This document shows, in pieces, positions 52,726 through 64,000 of a stretch of 64,000 nt of DNA. Positions within the stretch are counted from its first letter, which is position 1. Every line of letters starts with the position of its first letter. Both the position numbers and the translations under genes were made by a program. The notes below the pieces were generated by a model, which worked only from the letters and a program-made list of their open reading frames with translations, made no database searches and was not told the origin of the DNA. Origin of the DNA: Scenedesmus sp. PABB004 (Eukaryota); NCBI GenBank assembly GCA_014905635.1, contig JABVCE010000012.1:682001-746000 (forward strand). The letters are read 5' to 3'.

Positions 52726-54729
52726 GCCTGCGAGCGCGGCCGGGCGTTGACCGGCAGCGACCCGGCGGGCGACGCGGAGGGTGGGGGAGCTGGCGGGCGC
52801 GTGGGTGGCGGCGGTAACACCAGCTCCCGGCCAGGTCCCAACAGGGGCTTCTCCACCAACCAATCGCCGAACAACTCCCGCAGCATCATGATCAGCGGCG
52901 GCGCCGGCGTTCCGCGCAATGCCCGTTCCGCCCGCCTCGCTCGCTCACTCAATCCTCAAGCGGTCCTCCCGCACACGCGCCGTTTGCCGGGGCCAGCCGC
53001 CGCAGGCTGTGCAGCAGCTGTGCAGGCACGCGCGTACAGTGCTGATGCTGGTCGCGCGCACAGGGCGCGCACACACGCCGACCGACCTGGCGCGACTGGC
53101 AAGCACGCCGTGATCCCAGCTGAGGGCTGCAGATGGCACGCGTGGCTGCGCGCGGCCGCTGCGGCAGCAGGCCAGCGCGCGGTGATTCCAAGCATGGCGA
53201 CGCATGTGGTGCACACACAACGCGGGGGTGCAGGTGGCAAGTGCAGACAGATGTGGTGGCCGGGGGGCCGACGGAGCCCTCACGCGCCGGTGACGGTGAT
53301 GCGCTTGGGCTCGGGCTTGGGCGCGGGCTCGGTCTTGGGCACGCTCACGCGCAGCACGCCCTTGTCCAGGCTGGCGCTGATGCCCTCCTCCTTGACGTTG
53401 TCCGGCAGCGTGAAGGAGCGGCTGAACTGGCTGAAGTGCCGCTCGCGGCGCACGACCTGCGGGGGCGCGCGGGCGCGGGTGCGGGCGCGCGCGTGCCGTC
53501 GGCGGCAGGTCGCGGGCGGCGCGCGCGCCGGCGCGCGAGCCCGCACAGAAGCGGCGGGCGGCACGCCGCCCAGGCGCTCACCTTGTCGCCGTCCTTCTCC
53601 ACGCGCTCCTCCTTGCGGTTGCCGCTGATGGTGAGCACGCCCTCGTGCATCTGCACGCTGATGTCGTCCGGCGTAAAGCCTGGCGCGTCGGTGTGCAGCT
53701 CGAACGCGTCCTTGGTCTCGATGATGTCCTGCAGGGCAGGCGCGGCGACAGCAGCGGCGGCGGCGTCAGCGGTCGGGCGCGGCGTCGCGCGGTCAATGCC
53801 AGCGAGCTGCGAGAAGCTTCCGGTGCCCGCCCGGCCGGTGCCGCGCGGCCAGCGGCGCGGGCGCAGGCGCGGTTGGCTCATCCGCGCAGCGCGGGTGCGA
53901 CGCGCCGTGCGGCGGGCTCGCGCTGCCGCGGCGGCAGCCGGGGCGCTTGCGGCGATCGCTGCCCGCTCGCGCCGCGCCCGGCGCCGCGGTGCTGCTGCGG
54001 GCGGGCTGCGGGGCGGGCTCCAGGCCGGCAGCAGCGCGACACTCACCATGGGGTGGCCACCCGCGCCGCTGGGGCCGGTGAGGGTGGGCATGAAGGCGGC
54101 CATCACGTCGCCGCCGCGGCCGCCCAGCGCGCGCTCGAAGGCGCGGTCCATGGCGCGCTCCAGCTGGCCGAACATCGGGTCGCCGCCGAAGTAGGTGGAC
54201 AGGGCCATGGAGGTGCTTGTGCGGAGGGTGGGGGCTTTCGACAGCAGTCGCTCACGGAGAACGGGCGCTGGCGTGCGTGAGAGTGCGCGCGTGGGTCGCT
54301 CGAGAGCTGTGACAGCACTGGAGAGGTCGACGAAAGTGGCGGGCGGCCCGGGGCTATGTACCCTGGCCGGCGGGCGGCGCTCCAGAGTTTTCTGGATGCT
54401 CCTGCGGGCGCCGCCGGAAGCCGTGCGTGTGGCGCGCCTCCAGCCCCGGCGCGTGTCGCCAGGCACCGTTGCTCGCGCTGCGTGACGCGGCGCGCGGGCG
54501 GCGGCGTGCGGGCAGCACGCGCCGCGCCGGCGGCAGCAGCCCGCGCGGGCGGCCGGCGGCCGGCCGCGCGCGCTCGCCCCCTGGGGTGGCAGCACCCCCG
54601 CCGCGCTGGCGCGCGTCCGCCGGGGTCGGCCTGGCGAGGCCCGGCGCGCGCGTGACCGACTGTTGCGCCCGCCGCCGCCGCTGCTCGCCCCGCGCGCCCG
54701 CCGCCGCTGCCGGACGGCACCGCTGCCGC
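52726..54729 (-). repeat. Right arm (about 2.0 kb) of the large inverted repeat
   Basis: Reverse complement of 48482-50489. Confidence 0.97.
53280..54208 (-). CDS. HSP20: Small heat-shock protein (HSP20), copy 2, apparently identical to copy 1
   Basis: Mirror of 49003-49931; the translated ORFs across exons and introns are identical. Confidence 0.97.
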
Positions 54730-55026
54730 CGGCGGGTGCGGGCGCAGCGTGCCGCGGCCCGCCGCGGTCGTACGCGTCCGCCCTGGAAGCACGCGACTCA
54801 TGGGCGGCGCCGCGGTGGCCAGCGGCCCGCAAAGCTCCCACAGCCGCTCGCGCGCGAAGTGACACACTGCCGCGAGCACGCACGTGGCGCCCCGGCGCAG
54901 GCTCACAGCAGCTCAGCTGGTCGGTCGATAGCCCCACGACCAGCTCCGGCACCTGCACGCGCTCGCCCAGTGCTCGGCGGAGCGGCCGGCAGCAGGCCGC
55001 GGCTCTCGCGCGCCGCATGCGCTGAG

Positions 55027-58000
55027 ATGGGTGCCAGCGCGCTGCCCGACACGCCCGTCGGGCTCACAGCAGACGCCATGCGCAAGCGCCAGGTCTGCGG
55101 CGCCGAGGGCGAGCCTGGCGCGGCGGAGAAGAGCGGTGGCAGCCCCTTTGAGGCCGCGGCGGGCGGCTCCAAGGGCGCGGGGGAGGATGCTGACATGGAA
55201 GCCATCATCGCGGAGCTGCCGAGCTGGCAGGATCAGCTCAGCATCCGCGGCTACATCGTCGGTGCGCGCCATCCCGCGCGCGGGCTGCCGGCAGCGCGCG
55301 CCCCGCGCCCACCCGCGCGGCGCAGCTCGCGGCAGCTCGGTCTCGGCATCCCCGAGCTGCGGGTTGCCTCGCGGGCCAGCGGCGGCGCGGCGCCAGGCGG
55401 GGCGCGCAGCTGCGGCGCGGCGGCCAGGCCTGGGGCCACGGCGCGCGCCGCCGAGCCGTCTCGGCCGCCCCCGCAGGCACCGCGCTGGGCTGCCTCTTCA
55501 TCATCATCGGCCTGAAGCTCACGCTCGGCACGGCGGGCATCATCCCGTCGCTCAACATCCCCGGCGGCCTGCTCTCGTTCGCGGCGATCAAGTCCCTGAC
55601 CGCCGCGGGGCAGCGCATGCAGGCGCGCGGCCGCGGCGCCGCGGCGCCGGCAGCGGCGCCGGCGGCAGCGGCGGCCGCAGGCAGCAGCGCCCACGCCGTC
55701 GTGCCCGCCACGCGCGCGCGCGCGCGCTCGCGCGCGCCCCCGCCGCAGGTGTCGCAGCGCAGCCCGATGCTCGCGCGGCTGCTGTTCCAGCCCTTTGGCC
55801 TGCAGGAGAACGCGGTGATGCAGACCTACATCCTCAGCATGGGCGCCGGGGGCTTCGGCTCCTACATCACTGGTGCGCGCCGGCGCCGGCGCCGCGCGGG
55901 GGCTCGGCCCTGCGCGCCGCCTCGCGGCCGCGCCGCGCAGCCCCGCCGCCGGCCCCGCTGCCGGCCCCGCGCGACCAGCCCGCGCCGCCGGCGCCGCTGC
56001 CGCCGCCCAGGCATGGGCTACCAGGCGTACCGCAACCTCGGCGGCGTGCCGCGCGACGACCCGGCGTTTGACCCGTCGGTCGTGTACGACCCGGTGCCCT
56101 CAAACACCATGCCCTACCTGCTGCTCGTGTCGGTGCTCGGCACCTTCATGCTCACGCAGCTGCGGTGCGGGCGGGCTCGCGTGCGCGCGGGCCGGCGCCG
56201 TGCGCGGGCGGCGCGCCGCTTGGCTGACCCGCGCGGCGGCGCGCCCCTGCCGCACACGTGCGTGCGCGTGTGCGCCCGTGCAGGAAGCTGATGATCTGCG
56301 ACTGGCGGCTGCCCTTCCCAAGCGGCACCGCGAGCGGCATCATGCTCACCAGCTTCCACACAGCGGTGCGCGTGCGCCGGCAGCGGGCGCGCGCGGGCGC
56401 GCGCGGGCCGCGGTGGCTGCGGTGGAGCCGCCGCCCACGCCGCGCCGCGCGCGCCGCGCAGACGGGCGCGGCGGAGGCGATCCGCAAGGTCCGCGTGCTC
56501 GCGTGGACGGGCGTCGCGTCGTTCGCGTTCTCCACGGCCAAGTGGTTCTTCCAGGGCTCCGACTACGCGTGCGGCTTCAACGTCTGGCCCACGTTTGGCT
56601 TTGCGGCGCTCAAGTACACGTGGAACTTTGACTTTCAGCTCAACTACGTCGGCGCGGGCATGATCTGCCCGCACGTCGTCAACTGGTCGATGCTGCTCGG
56701 CGCCGTGCTGAGCTGGGGGTTCATGTGGTGCGGCGCAGCGCGGTCCAGCAGCGGCGCCCAGCAGCGGCGCGCAGCGGCGCGGCGCGCCGCAGCCGCGCCG
56801 ACCGCGCGCCGACCGCGTGCTGCGCGTGCTGTGCTGTGCTGTGCCGCGCGCCAGGCCGATGATGGCCAAGAAGGCCGGCGACTGGTACCCCGACGGCCTC
56901 GGCCCCCACGACTTCCAGGGGCTCTTCGGGTACAAGGTGCGGCGCGCGCGCTGCGCGTGCTGTGCGCCCGCGCCGTGCGCGCGGCGGCACGCACGCAGGC
57001 AGGGCGGCCGCCGACGTGCGCGCGCGCGCCCCGCGCCGCCCCGCCATCGCCAGGTGTTCCTGGTGATCAGCATCCTCATGGGCGAGGGGCTGTACATGGT
57101 GCTGAAGGTCCTGGTCTCATGTGAGCGCGCCGCGCCGCGCGCCAGCGGCGCCGGGCGCCGGGCGCTGCCTCCGGCCGGCTGAGCCAGCGCCGCCCGCCGC
57201 GCGCGCCCGCCGTTCCAAACGCAGCGGGCAAGGACACGCTGCGCCGCGTGCGCGCGGCGCGGGCGGCGCGGGCGCTCCCGCGCTACAGCCTCGCCTCGGC
57301 GGCCTCGCTGCCGGCGCACAGCTCGGCCGCGCTGCTCGGCGGCGGCGCCGCGCTCGAGCCGACGTCGAGCGCCGCCGGCAAGGCGCTGTGCGGTGCGGCG
57401 GGCGCGCCCGGCGCAGAGGGCGGCGGCGACGGCGGCGGCGACGCGGCGCACCACGTGGACCACCACATCCCTGCCAAGATGGCCGACGGCTGCCCCGTGG
57501 ACGAGAGTGAGAACGACCCCCAGGTCAGCAGCAACCTGCTGGAGTTCAAGGAGACCGCCGCCGAGGTGCGGCGCCGCGCGCCGTCTGCCGCGCGGCGGGC
57601 GGCCCCGGGCGCCGCCGCCGCCGGCCGCGCGCGCGCTCACGGCCCGCCGCCGCGCCGCCCCGCGCGCCGCGCAGCGCCGGCTGCGCACCGAGGTGTTCCT
57701 GCGGGAGACCATCCCCTGGTGGCTCGCGCCCGTGGGGTACGGCGGGCTGGCGGTGCTGAGCATAATCTTTATCCCTATGATACTGGTGAGATCAGACCAG
57801 ACCAGCCGCGCCGCGCGGCGCGCCAGCTGCAGCCCGGGGGGGGGGGGGGGGGGGTGGGGCGGCGCCGCAGGCTGCGGCGCGCGGGGCGGTCAGCAGCGAG
57901 CAGCGCGGCGACGTGCGCGGCCCGCGGCGGGCGGGCGCCCCCCGACGGCGCGCCCTGAGCGCGCATTGCCGTGCGTGCGGCGACCTCACACGCCGCGCCG

Positions 58001-59884
58001 CGCACCGCGCACCGCACCGCGCGCCGCGTCGCCGCAGGCGCCGGTGAAGTGGTACTACGTGGCCGTGGCCTACGCCATCACGCCGCTCTTCGCGCTGCCC
58101 AACAGCTACGGCTGCGGCCTCACCGACTGGGACTGCTCGTCCATGTGCGGCGCGCGGGCACGCGGGCGCGCGTGCTCTGGCTGGCAGCGCGCGCGGCGCG
58201 CGCTCCCGCTCCCCGCCCACCACCGCCACCCCGCCGACGCAATCGCACGCGCGCGCAGGTACGCCAAGCTCGCGCTCTTTGTGTTTGCTGCCTGGGCGGG
58301 CGTGGAGGTGTGGCGGCGGCGCGGCAGCGCCGCAGCCGCGCGCGTGGAGGCGCCCGCCCCGCCGCGCTGCGCGCGGCTCACACCCCGCCGCCGCGCGGCG
58401 CAGGGCAACGGCGTGATCGTGGGCCTCGGCATCTGCGGCGTCGTCATCAACGCGACCAGCAGCGCGGCGACGCTGATGGGGGACTTCAGGTGGGTTGGGG
58501 CTCTTGCTTGCCCCGCTGCGCGGCCCCGATGCCGGCCCTGGCCTGGGCGCCGCGCGCGGTGGGAGCGCAGCCGAGTGCGTGCCGCCGACCGCGCGCGCGC
58601 GCGCGCTGCCTCGCCCTCGCAGGACGGGCTACATATGCCTCGCCGCGCCGCGCGCGATGTTTGGCGCGCAGCTCGTGGGCCAGCTGCTCGGCGCGCTCAT
58701 CACGCCCATGGCCTTCATGCTCTTCTTCAAGACCGGCCAGGTCAGCGTTGACCGGCGTTGACCGGCGTTGACCGGCACCGACCGCGCGCGGCGCGCCCGC
58801 GCGGCAGCGCCCCCGGCTCGACCCCGAGCCGCCGCCGCACCCCGGCCGCCACCCACCCCGGCCCGCGCCGCGCGTGCCCTGCCTGCCCCAGGTCAACGTC
58901 CCCTCGGGCCCGTACCCGGCGCCCTTTGCCGACATCTACCGTGGAATGGCCGAGATTGGCACGCGCGGCTTCGGGGCGCTGCCCAAGTACTGCACCCTCA
59001 TGATGGCCGGCTTCTTCGTCGCGGGTGCGGCGGTTTTGGGGTTGTGCGGGCGGGGCGGTCGAGCGGGGCTCGCGGCGGCGGCCCGTCGGGGCGGGGCGCC
59101 GAGAGCCTGAGTTGCCTCGGGTCACGGCCCCGCGGCCCGCGCCCCGTGCGCCGCACCGCGCCGCGCCGCGCCCAGGCATGGCGATCTGCCTCCTGCGCGA
59201 CCTGCTGCCCCGCCGCGCGGCCAAGTGGGTGCCCAGCCCCATGGCGATGTCGATCCCCTTCTACATCGGCGCCGCGTCGGTGCGGTGGCGCCGCCGCCCC
59301 CGCCGCCGCCACCGCCGCCGACGCCGCCGCGCCGCCGCGCTGCGAGCTCTTGCCGCGCGCGCCCGCCGCCGCCGCCACGCGCCGCGCCTCGTTGGGGTGC
59401 CGCGGCGCGCGGCCTCGCTGGGCAGCGCCCGCCGAGCGCCCCCCTGCCCGCCCCGCCGGCGCGCCGCCGCGTGCTCCGCCCGCCCGGCGCACCGCAGGCG
59501 ATCGATTTCTGGCTCGGCTCGGTCGTGACGCACATCTGGGAGTGGGTCAGCCCCGCGACCGCCGAGCTGCTCGGCCCCACCGTCGGCGCGGGTGCGCCGC
59601 GCCGCGCCACGCCGCGCCGCGCCGCCGGGCCAGGCCGGCGGCCTCGGCGCGCCTGCGCCTGCGCGCGCGCGCGCGCGCGTGCGTGCGCCCACCCCGCCCG
59701 CCCGCGCGTCCGGACGCCGCGCGGCCGCGCAGGCCTGCTCGTCGGCGACGGGCTGTGGGCCATCCCCGCGAGCATCATCGCCATCGCCGGCCGCGCGCCG
59801 CCGCTCTGCCTCGGCTTCTTCACCTGCGCGCTGCCCTACTGCGCCGGCGTGTGGCCGGGCGGCAGCGGCGACGGCGGGCACTGA
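55027..59884 (+). CDS. YSL: Yellow-stripe-like (YSL) transporter, OPT superfamily; many exons
   Basis: WQDQLSIRGYIVG, GIIPSLNI, PFGLQENAVMQT, LPFPSGTASG, YVGAGMICPHVVNWSMLLGAVLSWG, NSYGCGLTDW, LMGDF|TGY, YPAPFADIYRGMA, WVPSPMAMSIPFYIG, GLLVGDGLW. Confidence 0.93.
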
Positions 59885-60610
59885 TTGATTGTGTGCGACG
59901 GGGCGCGCCGCGCGCGCCGCGCGCGCGGGGGCGGGGGCGGAGCGCCGCCGGCCGCATGGCCGCCGCGGCTGCGGGCGGGCGGTTCCGTCACGGGAGCAAC
60001 CGGCCCTGAAAGAGCGCCGGCTCATGTTTTTTATTCACGCCGCCCTGGCGCGCGCGCGGGCGTGCCGCGCGGCGGCGGCGCGCCGCCCGGCGGTCGGCCA
60101 CGTCGCGCGCCGTGGGCGGCGCCGCACTGAGGAGCTAGGACGGGCTGCGCGCTGGGATGAAGGGCGGTGCTGTGTGACGGGATGCTGGTGTCCTGCGGCT
60201 GCGCCGAGCGTCGGGCCGGTCCCGCGCGGTTGAGCGCCGCCGCCGCCGCCGCTGCGCTGTCGCGCTGAGCTCCTCGCCCCGTCAGCCAGCAGCGCATTGC
60301 CCGGGCAGGGGCCCTCGCGACAGGCGGGCTGCGCAGGGGAGCGCTCGGCAAACGGGCACGCGGGCGCAGCAGCAAGCGCACGCACAGCGAAAATCAGCGA
60401 CGCGGTATCCGTCCGCTCGCGCTCCGCGCTTGACGCGCCGCGCGGGGCCGCGAGCCACGCGGCAGCGGCCTGCTTGCAGCCCCAACGCGCCGCTAAGGCC
60501 GCCCCAGGCCCCTCTCTGGGCTCCCGGCGCCTCAATTAGACATGGCACGTGCCCGCGCGGCGTGCCGGCGCCGGTGAGGGCTGCGGCGCGGCGGCAGCGG
60601 CGGCGGCGCC

Positions 60611-63600
60611 ATGTTCGGCGCGAGCGACTGGGCGCTCAAGCGCCTGCTCAAGTTTGTGGTCAAGCGCAGCGTCGGCCGCTTCCTGGCGAGCGAGCCCGAC
60701 CTGGAGCAGCTGGACGTCCAGCTCTCGACCGGCACGTTTGAGCTGCGCAACGTGCTGCTGGACTGCGCCGCCGTCAACGCGCAGCTGGTGCGCGCGCGCG
60801 CAGCTGCAGCCGCGTGCCCGTGGGCAGCGCAGGGTCGGGCCGCCGCACCGCCCCACCCCCGCCCCACCCCCGCCCGCGCCCGCCGCCGCGCCGCGCCGCG
60901 CAGGACCTGGGCGCGTGGGCCATCACCGCCGGCTATGTCGGCGTCGTGCGCGGCAGCCTGCCGCTCGGCGGCGGCGGCGGCGCCGGCGCCGGCGCGCAGC
61001 AGGGCGGCGACGCCGCGCGCGCACACGTCACGCTCGACGAGGTCCTGCTCACGCTCGCGCCGGCGCCGCCCGCGGCGCGCGCGCCGGCGCCGGCGGGCGG
61101 CGGCGAGCCGCCCGAGGCGCCGGCGCCGCCGCCGCCGCCGCCGCCGCCGGGGCTCGCGGACGAGCTCGGCCTGCTGGGCCAGGTCGGCGCGCTCGAGGGG
61201 ATCCGCCTGATCGCGGGCGGCCTGGAGAGCCTGCTGCAGCGCCTCTCCCTCGCGGCGACCAACGTCACGGTCCGCGTCGAGGTCCCGGCGGGCGCCGCCG
61301 GCGCCGGCGGCGCTGAGGCGGTGCTGCACGTCGACGCGCTGCACTTCTTTGACGCCACGCCGGCGCAGCCCCAGCAGGCGCCGCGCGGCGCCGGCGGCGC
61401 CGGCGCGGCGCAGGAGCTGGTCAAGTGCGCCACGGTCGCGGGGCTGACACTGGAGCTGCTCGGCCTGCCCGGCGACGGCGAGGGCGAGCTGCAGGACGGC
61501 GCGCGCTCGGTCATGCTGGGCGGCGCGAGCGGCGGCGACGGCGCGGGCAGCTTCCTGCAGCCGACGCCAGCCGCGGCGGCGGCGGCGGCGGCGGGCTCGG
61601 CCGGCCGCAGCAGCTACCTGGCGAGCCGCAGCATGCGGGGCAGCGCGGCGCTGCTGCGGGGCGACGCGTGGGCGCAGCCTGCGGCGGGGCCGGGCGGCGC
61701 GGCCGAGGCGGCGGAGCAGGCGCAGGAGGAGGAGGAGGAGCTCGCGGGCGAGCAGCAGCAGTGGCTGGACGGCGTCGTGCTGTCGGGGCCCAGCAGCGAG
61801 CAGGGGCTGGACCTGAAGCTCGAGCTGCGCCTGGCCTGGTCCCCGCCGGGCGCCGGCACCGGCGGCGGCGCGGCGGCGACCGCCGCCGGCGACGGCCCGC
61901 GCATCACCGCGGACGCCAGCGCCAGCGCGGTGACCATCACCCTGCGGCCCTGGCAGCTGCCGCTGGTGGCGGGGCTGGCAGCGGCCGCCACGGCGGGCTC
62001 GCCGCCGGCCGCGCCGTCGCCCGCCGCCGCCGCCGTTGCGGGCGCGCAGGCGGCGGCGCCCGCGGCGGCGGGCGCGCCGCCGCCGCCGACCTCGCCGCGC
62101 GGCGCGGCGGCGCAGGAGTGGGGCCGGCGCTCGCTCGTGGAGGGTCTGTTCTTCCCGCACTGCGAGGGCCTCGTCGCTGAGTCGCTCAGCGGCAGCGGGC
62201 TGTACAGCAGCGGCGGCGGCGCGCCGCCGGGCGGCGGCGGCGGCGGCCATGCCGTGTTCAATAACGCCGGCAGCCTGTACGGCAGCCTGTACAACAGCAT
62301 AAGCGCCAGCCTCGCCGGCAGCAGCCTCGGCAGCGGCGCTCTCTCGATGTACCAAGACGCGCGCAGCGTGTTTGGCGGCAGCAGCGCAGGCGCGGGCGCG
62401 TGGAGCCCGCCGCCCGCGGCGCCGCCCGGCGGCGGCGGCGGCGGCGCGTCGCCGCCGCCGGCGCCGCACGGCCACGCGGCCGTGCCGCCCGCGGCGGCGT
62501 GGTGCGTGCGCGGCTGCGTGCCGGCGGTCGTCGTCGCGCTGCATTACCACGTGCCCGCCTGCGCGGCGGCGGGCGCGGGCGCGGGCGCGGGTGCGGGCGC
62601 GGGCGCGGCGCCGCCGCGCTTTGAGCTGCGCTGCGCGGGGCTCGTCACGTCGCTGGACGTGGCGGGCCGCGGCTGCCACGCGAGCGTCAAGGCGTACTGC
62701 CTGGAGGCCGCGGAGCACCTGCCGCCCGCCTGGGCGGCCGCCGACCGGCAGCTTGCGGGGCTCGCGCCGGGCGAGCTCGGCGCCGTGCCGCGCGCGGTGC
62801 CCGCGCTGCAGGGCGTCACGGGGTTTGTGCACCAGGTGGGGCGGGGCGGGGCGGGGCTCGGCCGCAGCGCCCGCGGCGGCGCGCGGGCCCGCGCGCGCGC
62901 GGCGGCGGCGCGTGCGTCGCTGACCTCCGCCCGCTGCTCCGCCGCAGGCGCCCGCGTGCAGCAGCCCGAGGGCGGGGGACGGCGGCGGCGGCGCCGCCGC
63001 GCTGCAGGCGTGGCCGGTGCTGCTGCTGGGCGGCGCGCCGCTGGAGCCCGGCCGCGCGCTGCCGGCGGTGCAGCGCCCCAGCCTCAGCGTGAAGGCCTCG
63101 GCGCACCACCGCGACGGCGGCCGCGCGCAGCTGGTCAAGGCGGCTGTTGACTGCGAGCTGACGCCGGCCACGCTGTGGCTCACGGGCGGCCTCGCGGCGC
63201 GGCTGGGCAGCGTCGGCGCATTGCTGGCGCAGCCGCCGCGCGCCCCCGCCGCCGCTGGGCGCCAGCCGCCACCGGCGCCCGCGCCGCGCGTGGCCCCCGC
63301 GGCGCCCAACCCCTGGGCGGCGGCGGAGGGCGCGGCGAGCAGCGGTGCGGCTGGCGTGCGGCGGCAGGGAGTGGACGCGGTCATTGCTTCAATCATTGAA
63401 GAGCTGAACGACGCGCCGCCGCGCGCGCCTGCAGCGGCGAGCGCGCCCGCCCGGCTGCCAGAGCCGGCCGCGGCGCCGCCGCCGCCGCGGGTGCAGCCCG
63501 GCGCGGCGGCGCCGCCAAGCCTGGCGCTGCCACGGAGCCTCGTGGGCGCGGAGCTGTCGGCGGCCGTGCACCTCCCGCGCGCGTGCGTGGTGCTGCCGCT

Positions 63601-64000
63601 GCCGCAGCCGTCGGGTGCGGCGGCCGGCGAGAGCGGGAGGGGCTTCGTGGTGCTGGACCTTCACGGCGGCAGCAGCAGCAGCTCGAGCAGCGGCGGCAGC
63701 TTCGCCGCCGCCGGCCACCACGGCGGCAGGCACCACGCGCAGCAGCAGGGCGGCGGCGCGCTGCGCGCGGCGGCGGCCGCCGCCAGCAGCAAGGCGCTGC
63801 CGCTGATGCGGCTGTCGTCGCGGTCGCCGGGGGCCGGGGCGGCGGGCGGCGCGCCCGGCGCGGCGTGGCAGGCGCACGCGGCGCCGCCGCAGGGGCTGCT
63901 GCTGGAGGGCTGCCTCACGCGCGCCCGGGTGCTGTGGCTGACTGAGGCGCCCGGCAAGAAGGGCGGCGCCAAGGCCGGCAGCAGCGGCGGCGGCGGCGGC
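60611..64000 (+). CDS. ATG2: Autophagy-related protein 2, 5' part (Chorein-N); runs off the window
   Basis: MFGASDWALKRLLKFVVKRSVGRFLASEPDLEQLDVQLSTGTFELRNVLLD matches the plant ATG2 N-terminal pattern 'W..KR..KF..K..LG......DL.QLD.QL..GT.QL'; later 'EGIRLIAGGLESLL....TNVTVR'. Confidence 0.85.

Noticed and set aside
48482..54729. Palindrome as a foldback/Mutator/composite transposon carrying cargo
   Set aside because: The arms are ordinary HSP20 gene sequence. There is no transposase, no terminal motif and no convincing target-site duplication; the flanks share only a GC-trivial cggcgg.

Overview
This window is eukaryotic nuclear DNA with extreme GC content (about 80% by eye) and many introns. 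Gene content and intron style point to a chlorophyte green alga, probably Sphaeropleales (inference). Most long ORFs in the supplied track are artefacts of GC-driven stop-codon depletion, so the real genes were rebuilt by splicing. About 19 genes are supported: the 5' end of UGGT, a subtilisin with a Ser-Pro linker, a large orphan, a dsRBD + Z-alpha-like protein, QCR8, U2SURP/RRC1, an LCAT-like acyltransferase, plastid FBP aldolase, an F-box/SNF2/CW/RING protein, a GH1 lacking its catalytic nucleophile, an O-methyltransferase, an F-box/ankyrin gene with a nonsense codon, a beta-helix protein, an ARM-repeat kinase, two HSP20 copies, a BTB gene, a YSL/OPT transporter and the 5' part of ATG2. Four things stand out. 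(1) A spliced gene joins a dsRNA-binding domain to a Z-alpha (Z-DNA/Z-RNA binding)-like winged helix, an ADAR1/ZBP1/E3L-type module unexpected in an alga and invisible in the unspliced ORFs. (2) A 6.2-kb palindrome has near-identical 2-kb arms, each with an HSP20 gene, enclosing the BTB gene. (3) The GH1 looks like a pseudo-enzyme. (4) GC-AG introns are very frequent. Several single-base frameshifts in conserved genes suggest assembly indel errors.
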